Source of the DNA: Piromyces finnis finn
Taxonomy: Eukaryota > Fungi > Neocallimastigomycota
Reading direction: 5' to 3'
Length of the DNA: 64,000 bases
NCBI GenBank assembly: GCA_002104945.1
Contig: MCFH01000045.1
Location: 124,001 to 188,000, forward strand
The notes below the pieces were generated by a model. That model had not been told where the DNA came from and ran no database searches. It saw only the letters and a list, made by a program, of their open reading frames with translations. Each line of letters begins with the position of its first letter. Positions within the stretch are counted from its first letter, which is position 1. A program made the translations under genes and the position numbers. This document shows, piece after piece, positions 1 to 18,672 of the stretch.

Positions 1-1986
1 TCCATATTCGTTACATAACTCCTTGAAGTTATTAGAAGTGAATTCAGTTCCATTATCGCTTCTAAGATATTTTACTTTGGATGATAATTCATTAGTAGTT
101 TTATTCAGCCAATTTCCAAATTCTTTGAAAACATCACTTTTATTCTTGACAAATATTACCCATCCATATCGACTGTAATCATCTAAGATACTTAAAAAGT
201 ATACGTTGTCATGAATTGATGGTGTGATTGGACCTACCAAATCGATGTGTACTAGTTCCAAAACACTTGATGCTCTACTATCTGACCTTTTATGAGGGAT
301 TTCTTTCATTTTGCTTCTCATGCATATTGTACAATTGTGAATATTGTTCTTTTCATCATTATTGTTGAAATTCAGATGCCCTATTCTTCTATGCCAGTAT
401 TCACCATTGTTTCGTACATTATCGCACATTGAGTAATTATTAACTACATTACCTTCTTTGATGTACAAATTGAATACATCATATTCATTTGCTTTAACTT
501 CGTATACATTATCTGTTTTCTTATCTTTTATATATGCAAATACATTATTGTTCTTCTCATCAAAGATTATTTGGTAGCCACTTTTAACTAACTTGGCAAC
601 AGAAATTAAATTTCGTTTTACATCTGGGATGTACATTACATCTTCTAATTTTATTGGTTCTTCATTAATAGATCCATTTACTTCACCCATATGTGTTGAC
701 TTTGTAGTCGCTCCATTTGCATAATTGATTGGTTCTACATGTTCAAAAACATTTTTGAGAATTCCTATATCTTTGGTAATATGATTAGAAGCACCAGAAT
801 CTAAAGTCCATGTAGTAAAACTTGTAGGTACATTTTCACAAGATACGTAATTGCATGATTTATTATTACATTCATCATTGTTATTGTCAAATAATGTATT
901 GTAATCAACTGTAAACAAATCTTGATATCCAACTTCTGGTTCAAAGTCTTCAGTGGTTTGTTTATTTACTATTTCACCTGTTGCTAAAAATGCTTCCTTG
1001 CCTTTATTTTTCTCTTTTCTTAGCCTTCTTGTAACTTCTTCTGAAAGTTCTTTTTGAATACGACATTGTTTTACAGTATGTCCTTTTTGATGACAAAAAT
1101 AACATGTAATGTTTTGTTTATTTTTGTTATTCCAATTTCTTTCTTCATTGGACTTTTCTTTTCCTTTATTTGTATTTTTATTATGATTATTACTTTGTTT
1201 GTTGCGGTAGTATTTAGTACTTTCCTTTCTTTTATCACCTTTGTAACTACCTTCAACACTAAAGATATGTCTAATTCCGAAGGTTTCAGATTTCTCTTTC
1301 GGATCAAATTTGTTCATCTTATCTATCATTCTTGCTGTGTCCTTTTTGCATTCTTCCCAGTCTTCATGCTTAAGGACTGTGACTTTCCTATATTTTTCTG
1401 GTAAGGCTTGATACAGTAAACCAATTTTTTCTTCATCATCTATTTTCACATTTAGTTGTTCTAACTTATTAAAGTTGGAATTTAACTTATTTACAAATCT
1501 TGAGAAACTTTCTTTCGGGTCGTATTTTAAGGAGTTTGTTTCCTTAATAAGCCTATTCTTTCTTTCTATTTTATCCCCTAAATAAATGTCTTCTAATAGT
1601 TTCCACATTTCGTAGCTTGTTAAAGACCTATCTTGGATATCTTGTTGGCAGTTTGGGCCTAAAGTATACCTAATTAAAAATTGGATATTCCTATCTGTTT
1701 TTAAGTCATCTTCGGTTACGTTCTTATCATAGTAGGTATTGATTTCAAAAGGTGCCTTTAGATATTCTTCTCCGTCGATATCCATTCCTTCGTCACTTTT
1801 GATCTTTGGGGTTTTGTTTTCATCAACCCAATCTTCAAGACCATAATAATTTAAAATATTCCTCATAAACATTTGCCACGTTATGAAATTTTTATTGTTC
1901 AATTCATAAGTGACCTTTCCTAGCATAACGGTAGGATCGAATATAGGAATTGATCCAGTATCTCCGTTAGATTTTCTTTTTGACAT
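1..1986 (-). mobile_element. Ty1/copia LTR retrotransposon gag-pol ORF (gag, protease, N-terminal part of integrase), truncated by the window edge
   Basis: Manual minus-strand translation from ATG at 1986 (MSKRKSNGDTGSIPIFD...) gives 662 codons with no stop down to base 1. It is missing from the ORF track because it runs off the edge. Motifs in copia order: gag-like LNNKNFITWQMFM; CCHC knuckle CYFCHQKGHTVKQC (1063-1104); protease WTLDSGASNH (DSGA at 790-801); NVMYIP-type DVMYIPDVKRNLISV; WHRRIGHLN...CTIC zinc site (322-393); integrase ELVHIDLVGP and LRSDNGTEF. Integrase directly follows protease, which is the copia arrangement. Confidence 0.96.
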
Positions 1987-3396
1987 ATTAAAAAAAAAAC
2001 TTACTTAAATATAAGAGCAATTGAGACTCTTAATCTGTCAGATAAATTTAGTTTACACTTAAATTTATTTATAAAACTATTTGGGTTTTTATAATCTTTT
2101 ATTTATTTATATTTATTTTATAATATAAATATTGTAACTTTCTTAAAATCTTTTTATTAAAAAATAACCAAAGAATAAAAATGTAGTACAATATTAATTT
2201 ATAATTTTATAAAATACAAATACATAAAAAATACATAAAATATTATTTTGGAATGTATTTTATTTTCACATATAATAATTAATTTTGTTAACTATTTTTT
2301 TAAAAAAAAAAAAAATTTACTCTAAAGAAAAATAAATATAAAAATATCACAAAAAATACATAATATTATTATTAAAAAATAAGATAATGAAATCAAGTAT
2401 TTTATTGATATTTATAATGGAATAATAATTATTTTACATATATAAGAGAAACAATCTTATTATTTTATTAATATTTAAATAAATAATTATATAACTAAAT
2501 ATTTTTATTTTTAATTAGAGTTAACAATATAAAATAAATAAAATTCTTTATATATATATATATTTTTTTCTCATTATTACCAAGTGTAATTATAATAAAA
2601 GGATTAATAATGTTAACTTTTCCACTTCATTTCATAGCTTATTTTAAATTAATAAAAGTATCTACTTAATAATAATTAATATTATATTCAAAAGAATATT
2701 AAAATTTATAAAGTGATATATAATATATTATAATATTTTTTTGTATTATAAAAATATAATTACTTTCAATTTATATATAAAGTTTTTTATAACATACTCT
2801 TTTTTTTAATCGAGACTTTACAAACTTTTCAACGATCAGAAAAAAAATTATTATTTTTTCTTTTTCTTCTTTTTTATTATTTAGTAAAAATAAAAGAAAT
2901 TTAAAATTTATAACTTAAATATTTTAACCCTTCAGATTTTCTAAAATTTTAATGATGATTTAATCTATTTCATGATAAATTTTATTTTATATAAAAAAGC
3001 ATAAAATTTATTTTATATTATTAATTTAATTTATTTTATTGGTAAATATATATATATAAAAAAAAATAAAGAGAAAAAAAAAAAAACATTTCAAATTAAT
3101 TTTAAAATTGATTTCAATTGAATTTTTAAGAATAATAGAAATTGAATGTGAATTATTATATTAATTTATTTAAATACTATCATTTATTTTCACTTTTTAT
3201 ATTATATTAAAGATATTAATGAAATATTGTTAATAATAACTGTTTAATATTTTAATATCTTTTATTTTTTTTTTAATTAATATTAAAAATCATTTTTCAA
3301 TTTACACTCTTTAATTTCATTTGGTTTAATTTATAACTTATAATTAGCAATTTATATTTTTCATTTTATTAAACTTTGTTTTATGTTATATTAATA

Positions 3397-9467
<6,071 letters not shown>

Positions 9468-10324
9468 TAACTAATTACAATTTTTTTCCTTTTAAATTAA
9501 TATAATTCAGATTATATTAACTATACCAACAATATTTCTTTTTCTTTTATAATTAATAAAAAATACTTTTAATCAGTAAAATTAATATTTTTTAATTTAT
9601 TAATGAAAATATTATTATAAAGTAGTTAAAAAAAAGAGGAAAAGGAAAAATAAGTATTTATTGAAAGTGTTGTATATTTCGATACCATTGGATAATTAAA
9701 TATTTAATAAAATAAACAACATTTATAACAAAAAAAAATAATATATATATAATATTATATATATGCTTTTTCATAGTGAACTGTAGAATGAAATTTTGTA
9801 CTTGAAAATTAATTTTGCTTAATGAACTTTTTTATTTTTTATTTATATAATGTTAAAATTTTATAATATATATATAAAAATTATTTATAATATTTCATAT
9901 ACATTTTTTTTTCTGATTTATAAAATCATTTTGTTAACCAATAAAAATGATTTATATTTTGAAATTATCAGTATTAGTAAAGTTGAAAATTTTTTTTTAT
10001 AAAATACTTTTAAGGATATTATACAAGATTTTAATATACATAAAGAACTAATTCTTTTCTCTCAATAAACATTATATATTTTTTATTATTATTTTTTTTA
10101 TTATTTTAAAATCTCATACTTTTTATATTTAATATTTAAATTATATTATATTTTTTATTATATCTTTATTTTTGGTTTATCATTCTATATTATATAAAAA
10201 TTTACAACAAATTTCTTTTCCATCAATAGAAATTTTAAAATTATTAGAAATCCCATTTTAATATCAACAATAAATTGACTAAATAGATAAAAAAGAATAA
10301 TATTATTAAAAATATAAGAGCAGA

Positions 10325-10420
10325 ATGTCAGAAGAAATTGAACCTTTGGATGCTGATGTAATTAATTATTAATGCATAATTTTATTTTTTTCAATTATCA
10401 ATAAAATCATAAATTTAACC

Positions 10421-10467
<47 letters not shown>

Positions 10468-13400
10468 CTTTTTTCCATATCATCTTTTGTTTTATATATT
10501 AATTTCAATTAAAAAATGATTCAATAATTATTTAAATTTACAATTAATTACAAAAGTTTCTTCAACTTACACAAATTACTTCAAATACAACTCTTAAAGT
10601 TACAGAACCATTTGCTGATGAATTAAATCCTTACATTTCTTTGTTAGCAATTTCAAATAAATATGGATTTTTCCTTTTAGGTAGTCAGGAAGGTTTCATT
10701 TATTCAACAATTAAAGATTGTGTTCAAAAATTAACTTCAGATGAAGCTAAACAATCTAGCGTTAAATCCGTACAACTTGAAAATAAAATTAATATTAATG
10801 TTGATGGAACTGTTCAACAAATTGCTTTATCAGAGGATCAACTTACTGCTTTTATTGTTTTAAGTAACAATAAAGTTTTATTATATAACATTAGCCAACT
10901 TTCTAAGGAGGTATGATTTTATATAAAATCATATATATATTTTTTAAAAATTTTTGAATAAGTATAAATTAAGATAGTTTTTTTTTAAAAAAATTAATTC
11001 ATTTAATTTATATTGAAAAATATAAAATATATATATTTTATTGAAATTTATAATAATATAGAAGGAAAATACAAAATCATTTAAAGAATATAGTTATGAC
11101 CATATTGTAAAATCACTTTTACCGAATCCAAAAGATAATAATTCTTTTGCTGTTTTATTGGATAATGACGAATTAAAGGTAGAAAATTTCAAAGATAATT
11201 CCACAAATGTTTTATCTACTGATTCCACAGCAAGTAAATATATTTATATATTGATTTAATGTAATAAATTTTTATAATATTTGATGATATGTATATATTA
11301 ATATAAATGATATTTAATTCGTTTTAGTGACTTGGAGTCTCGATGGTAAATACATATTTACCGGAAATAATGAAGGTAGTATTACAAAATTATCAATGAA
11401 TAAAGAAAAATCTGAAGTGTTAGAATTACAAGAACCTTCAAATAGTAAAGGTAAAAAAAATAATAACAAACAAAAAACATGATATTATTTTATAATAATA
11501 TACAGTAATATTTAATAAAAATAAATAAATTAAGTAAACTTTTAAATTTGCTACAATAATATTAATAAAATCAAATATTATCATAGTTGTATCTATTTAT
11601 TGTCAATCCGATAATGTTACTGCAGCTTTATATTACAATGCTGATGAAGACATGATAAATACATGCATATTTTCTGGAGCTAAGGTAATTATATTTATGA
11701 TAATATTATTTAATTTTATTTTATATTATATTAAAGGTTGATATATGCATATTTATTTTAGGGTATTAAACAAGAAATGTGTGAAGATCCATGCTATGGG
11801 ATTTATGATGAGAGTCAATACTTTAATGTCAATACTCTTTCTCAAATGTAAAATTTTTATAGTATTCATATTTATTAAATTTAATTTCATATTAATATAT
11901 ATATATATTTAGATCTAAAACATATCCAAATATTATTTGCTTTGGATGTACTACTACACCAGATATTGGTGTTATTGGTCAAGCCAATGGTAAATGGCAA
12001 AATTGGACATTACCTGATAGTAATCAAGTTAGTGTTCCATTAAGCGATGATGATGAAGATTGTTACCCATATGGTATGGCTATTGATTATACTTCTGATA
12101 TTAAATTACCTGGTTCAACTCCAGATGAACCAGCTAAAGAACCAGTTCCAATTTTATGGATTTTTGATAGTAATGGTAGATTAAATGGTTTTCATTGTGT
12201 AATTGCTGGTGAAACTGAAAAGTCATCCTTAATGAGTACTCCAATTGCTATTCCACCATACTCCGGAAGTAATATCATTAGATAATTATTTATTATAATG
12301 TTAGTTTAATTATATTGAATTATATATATATTGAATTCAATTAATTTAGATTCTTCTATTCCTGCACCAACAACGGCTTCATTTGGATCTGCTCTTGTAA
12401 GTGTTTTTAATTTATACCGAATTGTTATTATTAATATCTAAAGTTATTACTATGTATTTTGAAATGAAATCATATTATTTTAACGACAAATAATAATTTT
12501 AAATAGGCATCTGGAAAATCACCATTTGGTAGTTCTTCAGGATTCAGTTTCGGAGCTTCAAATATAGATAGTAAACCAAAAACAACTAGTTTTAGTTTTG
12601 CCTCTGCAAAGGAAGAAGGAAAACCCAAAAATACAGGTTTTAGTTTATTAAATAGTCAAGCAACGACTAAAACCGAAGATAAACCAGTTACTTCAGGATT
12701 TAGTTTTGGTGAAAAAAAAACAGAAGAAAAGCCAGTTGCTTCAGGATTTAGTTTTGGTGCTAAAAAAACAGAAGAAAAGCCAGCTACTTCAGGATTTAGT
12801 TTTGGTGCTAAAAAAACAGAAGAAAAGCCAGTTGCTTCAGGATTTAGTTTTGGTGCTAAAAAAACAGAAGAAAAGCCAGCTACTTCAGGATTTAGTTTTG
12901 GTGAAAAAAAAACAGAAGAAAAGCCAGCTACTTCAGGATTTAGTTTTGGTGCTAAAAAAACAGAAGAAAAGCCAGCTACTTCAGGATTTGGTTTTGGTGT
13001 TAAAAAAGCAGAAGAAAAACCAGCTGCTTCAGGATTTGGTTTTACCAATGCTCAAACATCCTCAAATAAGGATGATAAGAATGGTAATAGTGTGTTTGGT
13101 AATGTTAAGCCTTCAATTATATCATCCCAATCAATTCCATTCTCATTTACTAAGTCAAATGTTAAAGCTAAAGTTGAAGTTAAATTTACAAATTGTTTAG
13201 ATAAGAGTAATCAAAATACTTCAACTACTCAAGCTTCAAAATCAGATGAGTTTTCACTTGATAAAAGCATACAAGGTAAGAAATCTGAAGCTCCAAAAAC
13301 TACAAAACTTGATGTAAAGAAGACTCCTATATCAAAACCAATATTTACTAAAGGTAAATTATTCTATTATATTTTTAATTTATAAATTATCAACATATAT

Positions 13401-16400
13401 ATATTAATATTTAAAAATCAATATAAATATCTTTTAGAAAAAAAAATTGAAGATAAAGTCAAACCTCCATCATCAAATAATTTCAATCATAGATTTGTTG
13501 AATCCTTTAATAATAATTACATAGTATTCAGCAATGAAATTGAAGATTTTAAAGAAAAAATCAGCTCCACTATTGAAAATATTAAAGAGATTGAAGAAAA
13601 AACATGTTTAGAATTAAATGAAACTGAATTGGCTGACTGTAGTTTGAATAATAGTGATATTATAAATAGTGAAATCAAAAAGCTTCAAGAAAAGGTTGAC
13701 AATATTAATAAACAAACAGTTGATGTTAATGAACGTAGATTAAATATTCTAACTGAATTAGTTAAAGTTGAAGCTAAAAAAACGGAAATTTTTAAGTTAT
13801 TAAATTCAATTAAAAATAATACTTATCAAAAAGTAAATATGAAATTAGGTCTTGGTCCAGAAATCGAAGAAGCTCAAAATAATATAAGATCAAAGGTATT
13901 TAAAATCGAAAATGATATTAAGGATATCTCAGAAATTATTATTAATATTAGAAAGAAGATGAATAAGAAAGCCGATTTAATTATGAAAGTTCCAGATTTA
14001 GATAGAATTTATAGAAGTATATTATATATTACTCAACACACTATAAAAATTTCTAATAGTTTAAGAAATTATGAATTAGAAATTAGAAAGTATCAAAATG
14101 AATCTCTTCTTAGAGAAAAACCATTACTTTTCAATATTCCAAAGCAAGATACAAAGGAAGATTCCTCTAAACCATTAATTTATGATAATTTATTAAAGAA
14201 TATTGAGAAAGACAAAGAAGATGATACAGAAAGAAAACAAAAGACTTCTCAAAAGATTCAATTTAAAAAATTACTCAAATTAGCTTTAACCTCTGGTAGA
14301 TCTACTTTACTTAATGATAATGTAAAAAAGATTGATAGTATTCCAATTGATAGTGTACAGTATAGTAAAGAAGAAGAAGAAGAAGAAGAAAATTCTGAAA
14401 TTGAAACTGGTGATGATAATGAGGTAACACAAGAAGAATATTATGATGAAAGTGAATATGACAGTAATGAAGACGAATACGATCAATATCTTAAGGAAGA
14501 TGGCCAAAATGATGATGAAGAAGATGAAGATATTATTGATGATGAAAATAGTGATGAAGAAGATGATGAAGATGTACCACCACTATTCAATAAAAATATT
14601 CCAGCAAAACCAAACTTTGCTTTAAGTGTTGAAAATAAGAAATTTAATATTAAACCATTTGGTACTTCAACTACCTCAATATTAAGTTCATCTACTAAAG
14701 CACCTTCTAGTGGCTTTAATTATGCAGCTGCTGGTATGAAGGTTGAAACAGATCCAGAAGGTACATGGACTTGTGAAGTATGTATGGTAAAGAATAAGCC
14801 AGGTGCAACTCAATGTATTGCATGTGAAACTGATAAACCAGGTACTGAAAAGAAAGATAATACTAAACCAACATTTGGTAGTAATAAATTAGGTGTTTCA
14901 TTTGGTGGTTTATCTTCCAATTCATCAAATAAAAAGACAGATGATACATCTTCATCTTCTAAAGTTACTCCAATTTCCGGTTTCTCATTTGGTTCTTCTT
15001 CTACAACAACTACACCATCAACTAAAGCACCTTCTAGTGGTTTTAATTATGCAGCTGCTGGTATGAAGGTTGAAACAGATCCAGAAGGTACATGGACTTG
15101 TGAAGCATGCATGGTAAAGAATAAGCCAGGTGCAACTCAATGTATTGCATGTGAAACTGATAAACCAGGTACTGAAAAGAAAGATAATACTAAACCAACA
15201 TTTGGTAGTAATAAATTAGGTGTTTCATTTGGTGGTTTATCTTCCAATTCATCAAATAAAAAGACAGATGATACATCTTCATCTTCTAAAGTTACTCCAA
15301 TTTCCGGTTTCTCATTTGGTGGTTTATCTGCCAATTCATCAAATAAAAAGACAGATGATACATCTTCATCTTCTAAAGTTACTCCAATATCCGGTTTTTC
15401 ATTTGGTTCTTCTTCTACAACAACTACACCATCAACTAAAGCACCTTCTAGTGGTTTTAATTATGCAGCTGCTGGTATGAAGGTTGAAACAGATCCAGAA
15501 GGTACATGGACTTGTGAAGCATGCATGGTAAAGAATAAGCCAGGTGCAACTCAATGTATTGCATGTGAAACTGATAAACCAGGTACTGAAAAGAAAGATG
15601 ATGCTAAACCAACATTTGGTAGTAATAAATTAGGTGTTTCATTTGGTGGTTTATCTTCCAGTTCATCAAATAAAAAGACAGATGATACATCTTCATCTTC
15701 TAAAGTTACTCCAATTTCCGGTTTCTCATTTGGTGGTTTATCTGCCAATTCATCAAATAAAAAGACAGATGATACATCTTCATCTTCTAAAGTTACTTCA
15801 ATTTCCGGTTTTTCATTTGGTTCTTCTTCTACAACAGCTACACCATCAACTAAAGCACCTTCTAGTGGTTTTAATTATGCAGCTGCTGGTATGAAGGTTG
15901 AAACAGATCCAGAAGGTACATGGACTTGTGAAGCATGCATGGTAAAGAATAAGCCAGGTGCAACTCAATGTATTGCATGTGAAACTGATAAACCAGGTAC
16001 TGAAAAGAAAGATGATGCTAAACCAACATTTGGTAGTAATAAATTAGGTGTTTCATTTGGTGGTTTATCTTCCAGTTCATCAAATAAAAAGACAGATGAT
16101 ACATCTTCATCTTCTAAAGTTACTCCAATTTCCGGTTTCTCATTTGGTGGTTTATCTGCCAATTCATCAAATAAAAAGACAGATGATACATCTTCATCTT
16201 CTAAAGTTACTCCAATATCCGGTTTCTCATTTGGTTCTTCTTCTACAACAGCTACACCATCAACTAAAGCACCTTCTAGTGGTTTTAATTATGCAGCTGC
16301 TGGTATGAAGGTTGAAACAGATCCAGAAGGTACATGGACTTGTGAAGCATGCATGGTAAAGAATAAGCCAGGTGCAACTCAATGTATTGCATGTGAAACT

Positions 16401-17970
16401 GATAAACCAGGTACTGAAAAGAAAGATGATGCTAAATCAACATTTGGTAGTAATAAGTTAGGTATTTCATTTGGAAAAGCAATAGGTGAAGAATCTAAAG
16501 AAAAAGATGTCTCAACAACATCATCAATAAAACCAGTTGTTGGTTTTTCATTTGGTTCTGCTTTAGCCTCATCAAATAATGAGAAGAAAGATAAGGATGA
16601 TAATAAATCAGAAAGTGTTAAAAAAGAAGAAGATAAAAAAGAAACCTCAACAACATCATCAATAAAACCAGTTGTTGGTTTTTCATTTGGTTCTGCTCTA
16701 GCTTCATTAAATGATGAAAAGAAAAATGATACTGATGATAAATCAGAAATTATTGAAGAAGATAAAGAAAAAGATAAAGATGATGATATAGATACTACTA
16801 CAGAAAAAATTGGATCTTTAGGAGGCAATATGTTTGGTAATAATTCACAAAGTAAAACTGAAACACACAATGTATTTGGTGTTTCTCAAGTTAAACCAAC
16901 TGAAACAACTTCAACGATGTCTACTGCATTTGGTACTACATCTTCATCTTCTTCAACAACAACAACAACATCAGCATTTGGTGCATCAACAACTACAAGT
17001 GCTTTTGGTCAATCAACATCATCCAACTCATTCGGTGGATTTAATGCTTCTGCTTCATCTAACACAACAACATCAGCATTTGGATCTTCAACAACACCAG
17101 CATTTGGTCAATCATCATTTGGATCTTCATCAACACCAGCATTTGGTCAATCATCATTTGGTCAAACATCTGCTTTCGGTAAACCTTCTGCTTTTGGAAG
17201 TCAATCCTCATCAAATAATTCATTTGGTCAAACTTCATTAATGAGTAGTTCAGTAATGAGTTCAGGATTTGGAGCATATGCTAATCAAAATAATACAGCT
17301 TCAAATAAACCAGTATTTGGTTCATCAACACAAATTGGTTTTGGTGCTACTTCTGCTCCAGGTATGAATACAGCCTTTGGATCAACATTCCCATTAGGAA
17401 ATAACATATCAGCATTCGGAAATATAAATACATCTTCATCTGGCTTTGGTGCATTTTCAAAGTAAGTCATTTAAATATTTAAATTTTTTTTTTTATATAT
17501 TATAACAAATTAACAAATTTATATATATCTTAAATTAACTAATTTGTTTCTTACCATTTATTTTATTCAAATAAATAATAAATTAGCAATAATAATAATA
17601 ATAATACATCATTTTCATCATTTGCATCAACTGCTGCTAATAATAACAATAATGGTGAAAGTATTTTCGGTAATGGAGGTTCATTTGATTCAAGTAAAAG
17701 GTAAAGAACTAATAAAAAGTATTTTTATATCTTAAAATAATACATTAATTTTATTAACTTAATTTATTCTTATATATATGTCTTTTTAAATTTACATTAT
17801 AAGTCAATTTGGATTTGGCAATTCAGGATCAAAGTAAGTATTATATAAAATTATGTAATATTATATATTAATTAATTATTATAAATTTTTAATTTTATTA
17901 ATTTTAATGCCTTTTTTTTTTTAATAACAAAATTAATAGCAAATCAAGTGCATTTACTCAATATCGTTAA
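10325..17970 (+). CDS. NUP214: Nucleoporin Nup214/Nup159-like: beta-propeller, FSFG repeats, coiled coil, acidic tract, 5x RanBP2-type zinc fingers, C-terminal FG region
   Basis: The propeller contains SLLAISNKYG and WTLPDSNQVSVPLSDDDEDCYPYGMAIDYTS...PVPILWIFDSNGRLNGF, which match Nup214 N-domain motifs as I recall them (SLLAVSNKYG; LPMGVVVDYT...PVLMLLSTDGVL). It has abundant FSFG/FG repeats and a helical coiled-coil at about 13440-14100. Manual splicing of the last three exons ends ...NKSSAFTQYR* at 17968-17970. Confidence 0.88.
12673..13046 (+). repeat. Coding tandem repeat: 8 x 48 bp encoding TEEKPATSGFSFGAKK (FxFG repeats with charged spacers)
   Basis: Unit starts fall every 48 nt (12721, 12769 ... 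12961, 13009). Eight near-identical units. Confidence 0.95.
14694..16470 (+). repeat. Coding tandem repeat with five RanBP2-type zinc fingers (WTCExCMVKNKPGATQCIACETDKP); unit 414 bp, first unit 327 bp
   Basis: The Trp codons of the fingers lie at 14766, 15093, 15507, 15921 and 16335 (spacings 327, 414, 414, 414). The 87-bp difference equals a duplicated 29-aa FG sub-unit. The pattern W-x-C-x2-C-x3-N-x6-C-x2-C is the zf-RanBP signature. Confidence 0.95.
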
Positions 17971-17998
17971 TAATAAACAATATTAAATTAATAATAAC

Positions 17999-18036
<38 letters not shown>

Positions 18037-18555
18037 AAAAATTAAAGAAAGAAAAAAGGAGAAAAAAAGAAATATAAAAATGAGAGAAAAGAAAATTTAT
18101 AATGAAAAAAGTTAACAAGTTATTCAAAAAAAAAAAAAAATTTTTTTTTCCTTTTCATTATTTTAATTTTTAATTTTTAATTTTTTTTTTTTTTTATTTT
18201 ATTGTTATTTTTTATTTTCAGTATTTTTATAATGACCATAATAATTTATCATAAAATCATGTATAATATAAAAGATATTTCAATAAAATAAAAATTTATA
18301 TTATAATTATTATTATTATTATTTTAGTATTTTTTATTGTTTTTGATTTTTATATAAATGAATTATTGAAATATAAATGAATTAATTTTTATTATTCTTA
18401 TATTTAATAAATTTAATAAAAGTTTATTTATACTTTGAGTAATTTTTCTTTCTTTTTAAATGTAAATATTTGCAATACTAATTTTTATCTAACTATTTAT
18501 TTTTTAAAGATTAATCTTCATTAATCTTTCTGTTTGGATAAATTAATGATTAAAA

Positions 18556-18598
<43 letters not shown>

Positions 18599-18672
18599 TA
18601 GTAATAAAAATAAAAAAAAATTAAAGATATATGATGGTTAATTTTATATACTATATAATTATTATAATTAAA

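Noticed and set aside
1054-1404. ORF-track entries 1054..1404 (+) and 1071..1307 (-)
   Set aside because: These are antisense and alternate-frame shadows of the copia gag-pol ORF.
2161-2280. TGGTTAT (minus strand) as a PBS and a TG...CA segment as the 5' LTR
   Set aside because: The match to a tRNA 3' end stops after a few bases and is not directly preceded by CA. The LTR cannot be defined without the 3' copy.
12656-13200. ORFs 12656..13048 (-) and 12706..13200 (+) with periodic sequence
   Set aside because: They are off-frame readings of the 48-bp FSFG repeat.
15137-16308. Repeated 65-aa (-) and 86-aa (+) ORFs that look like a small gene array
   Set aside because: They are alternate-frame readings of the 414-bp coding repeat inside the nucleoporin.
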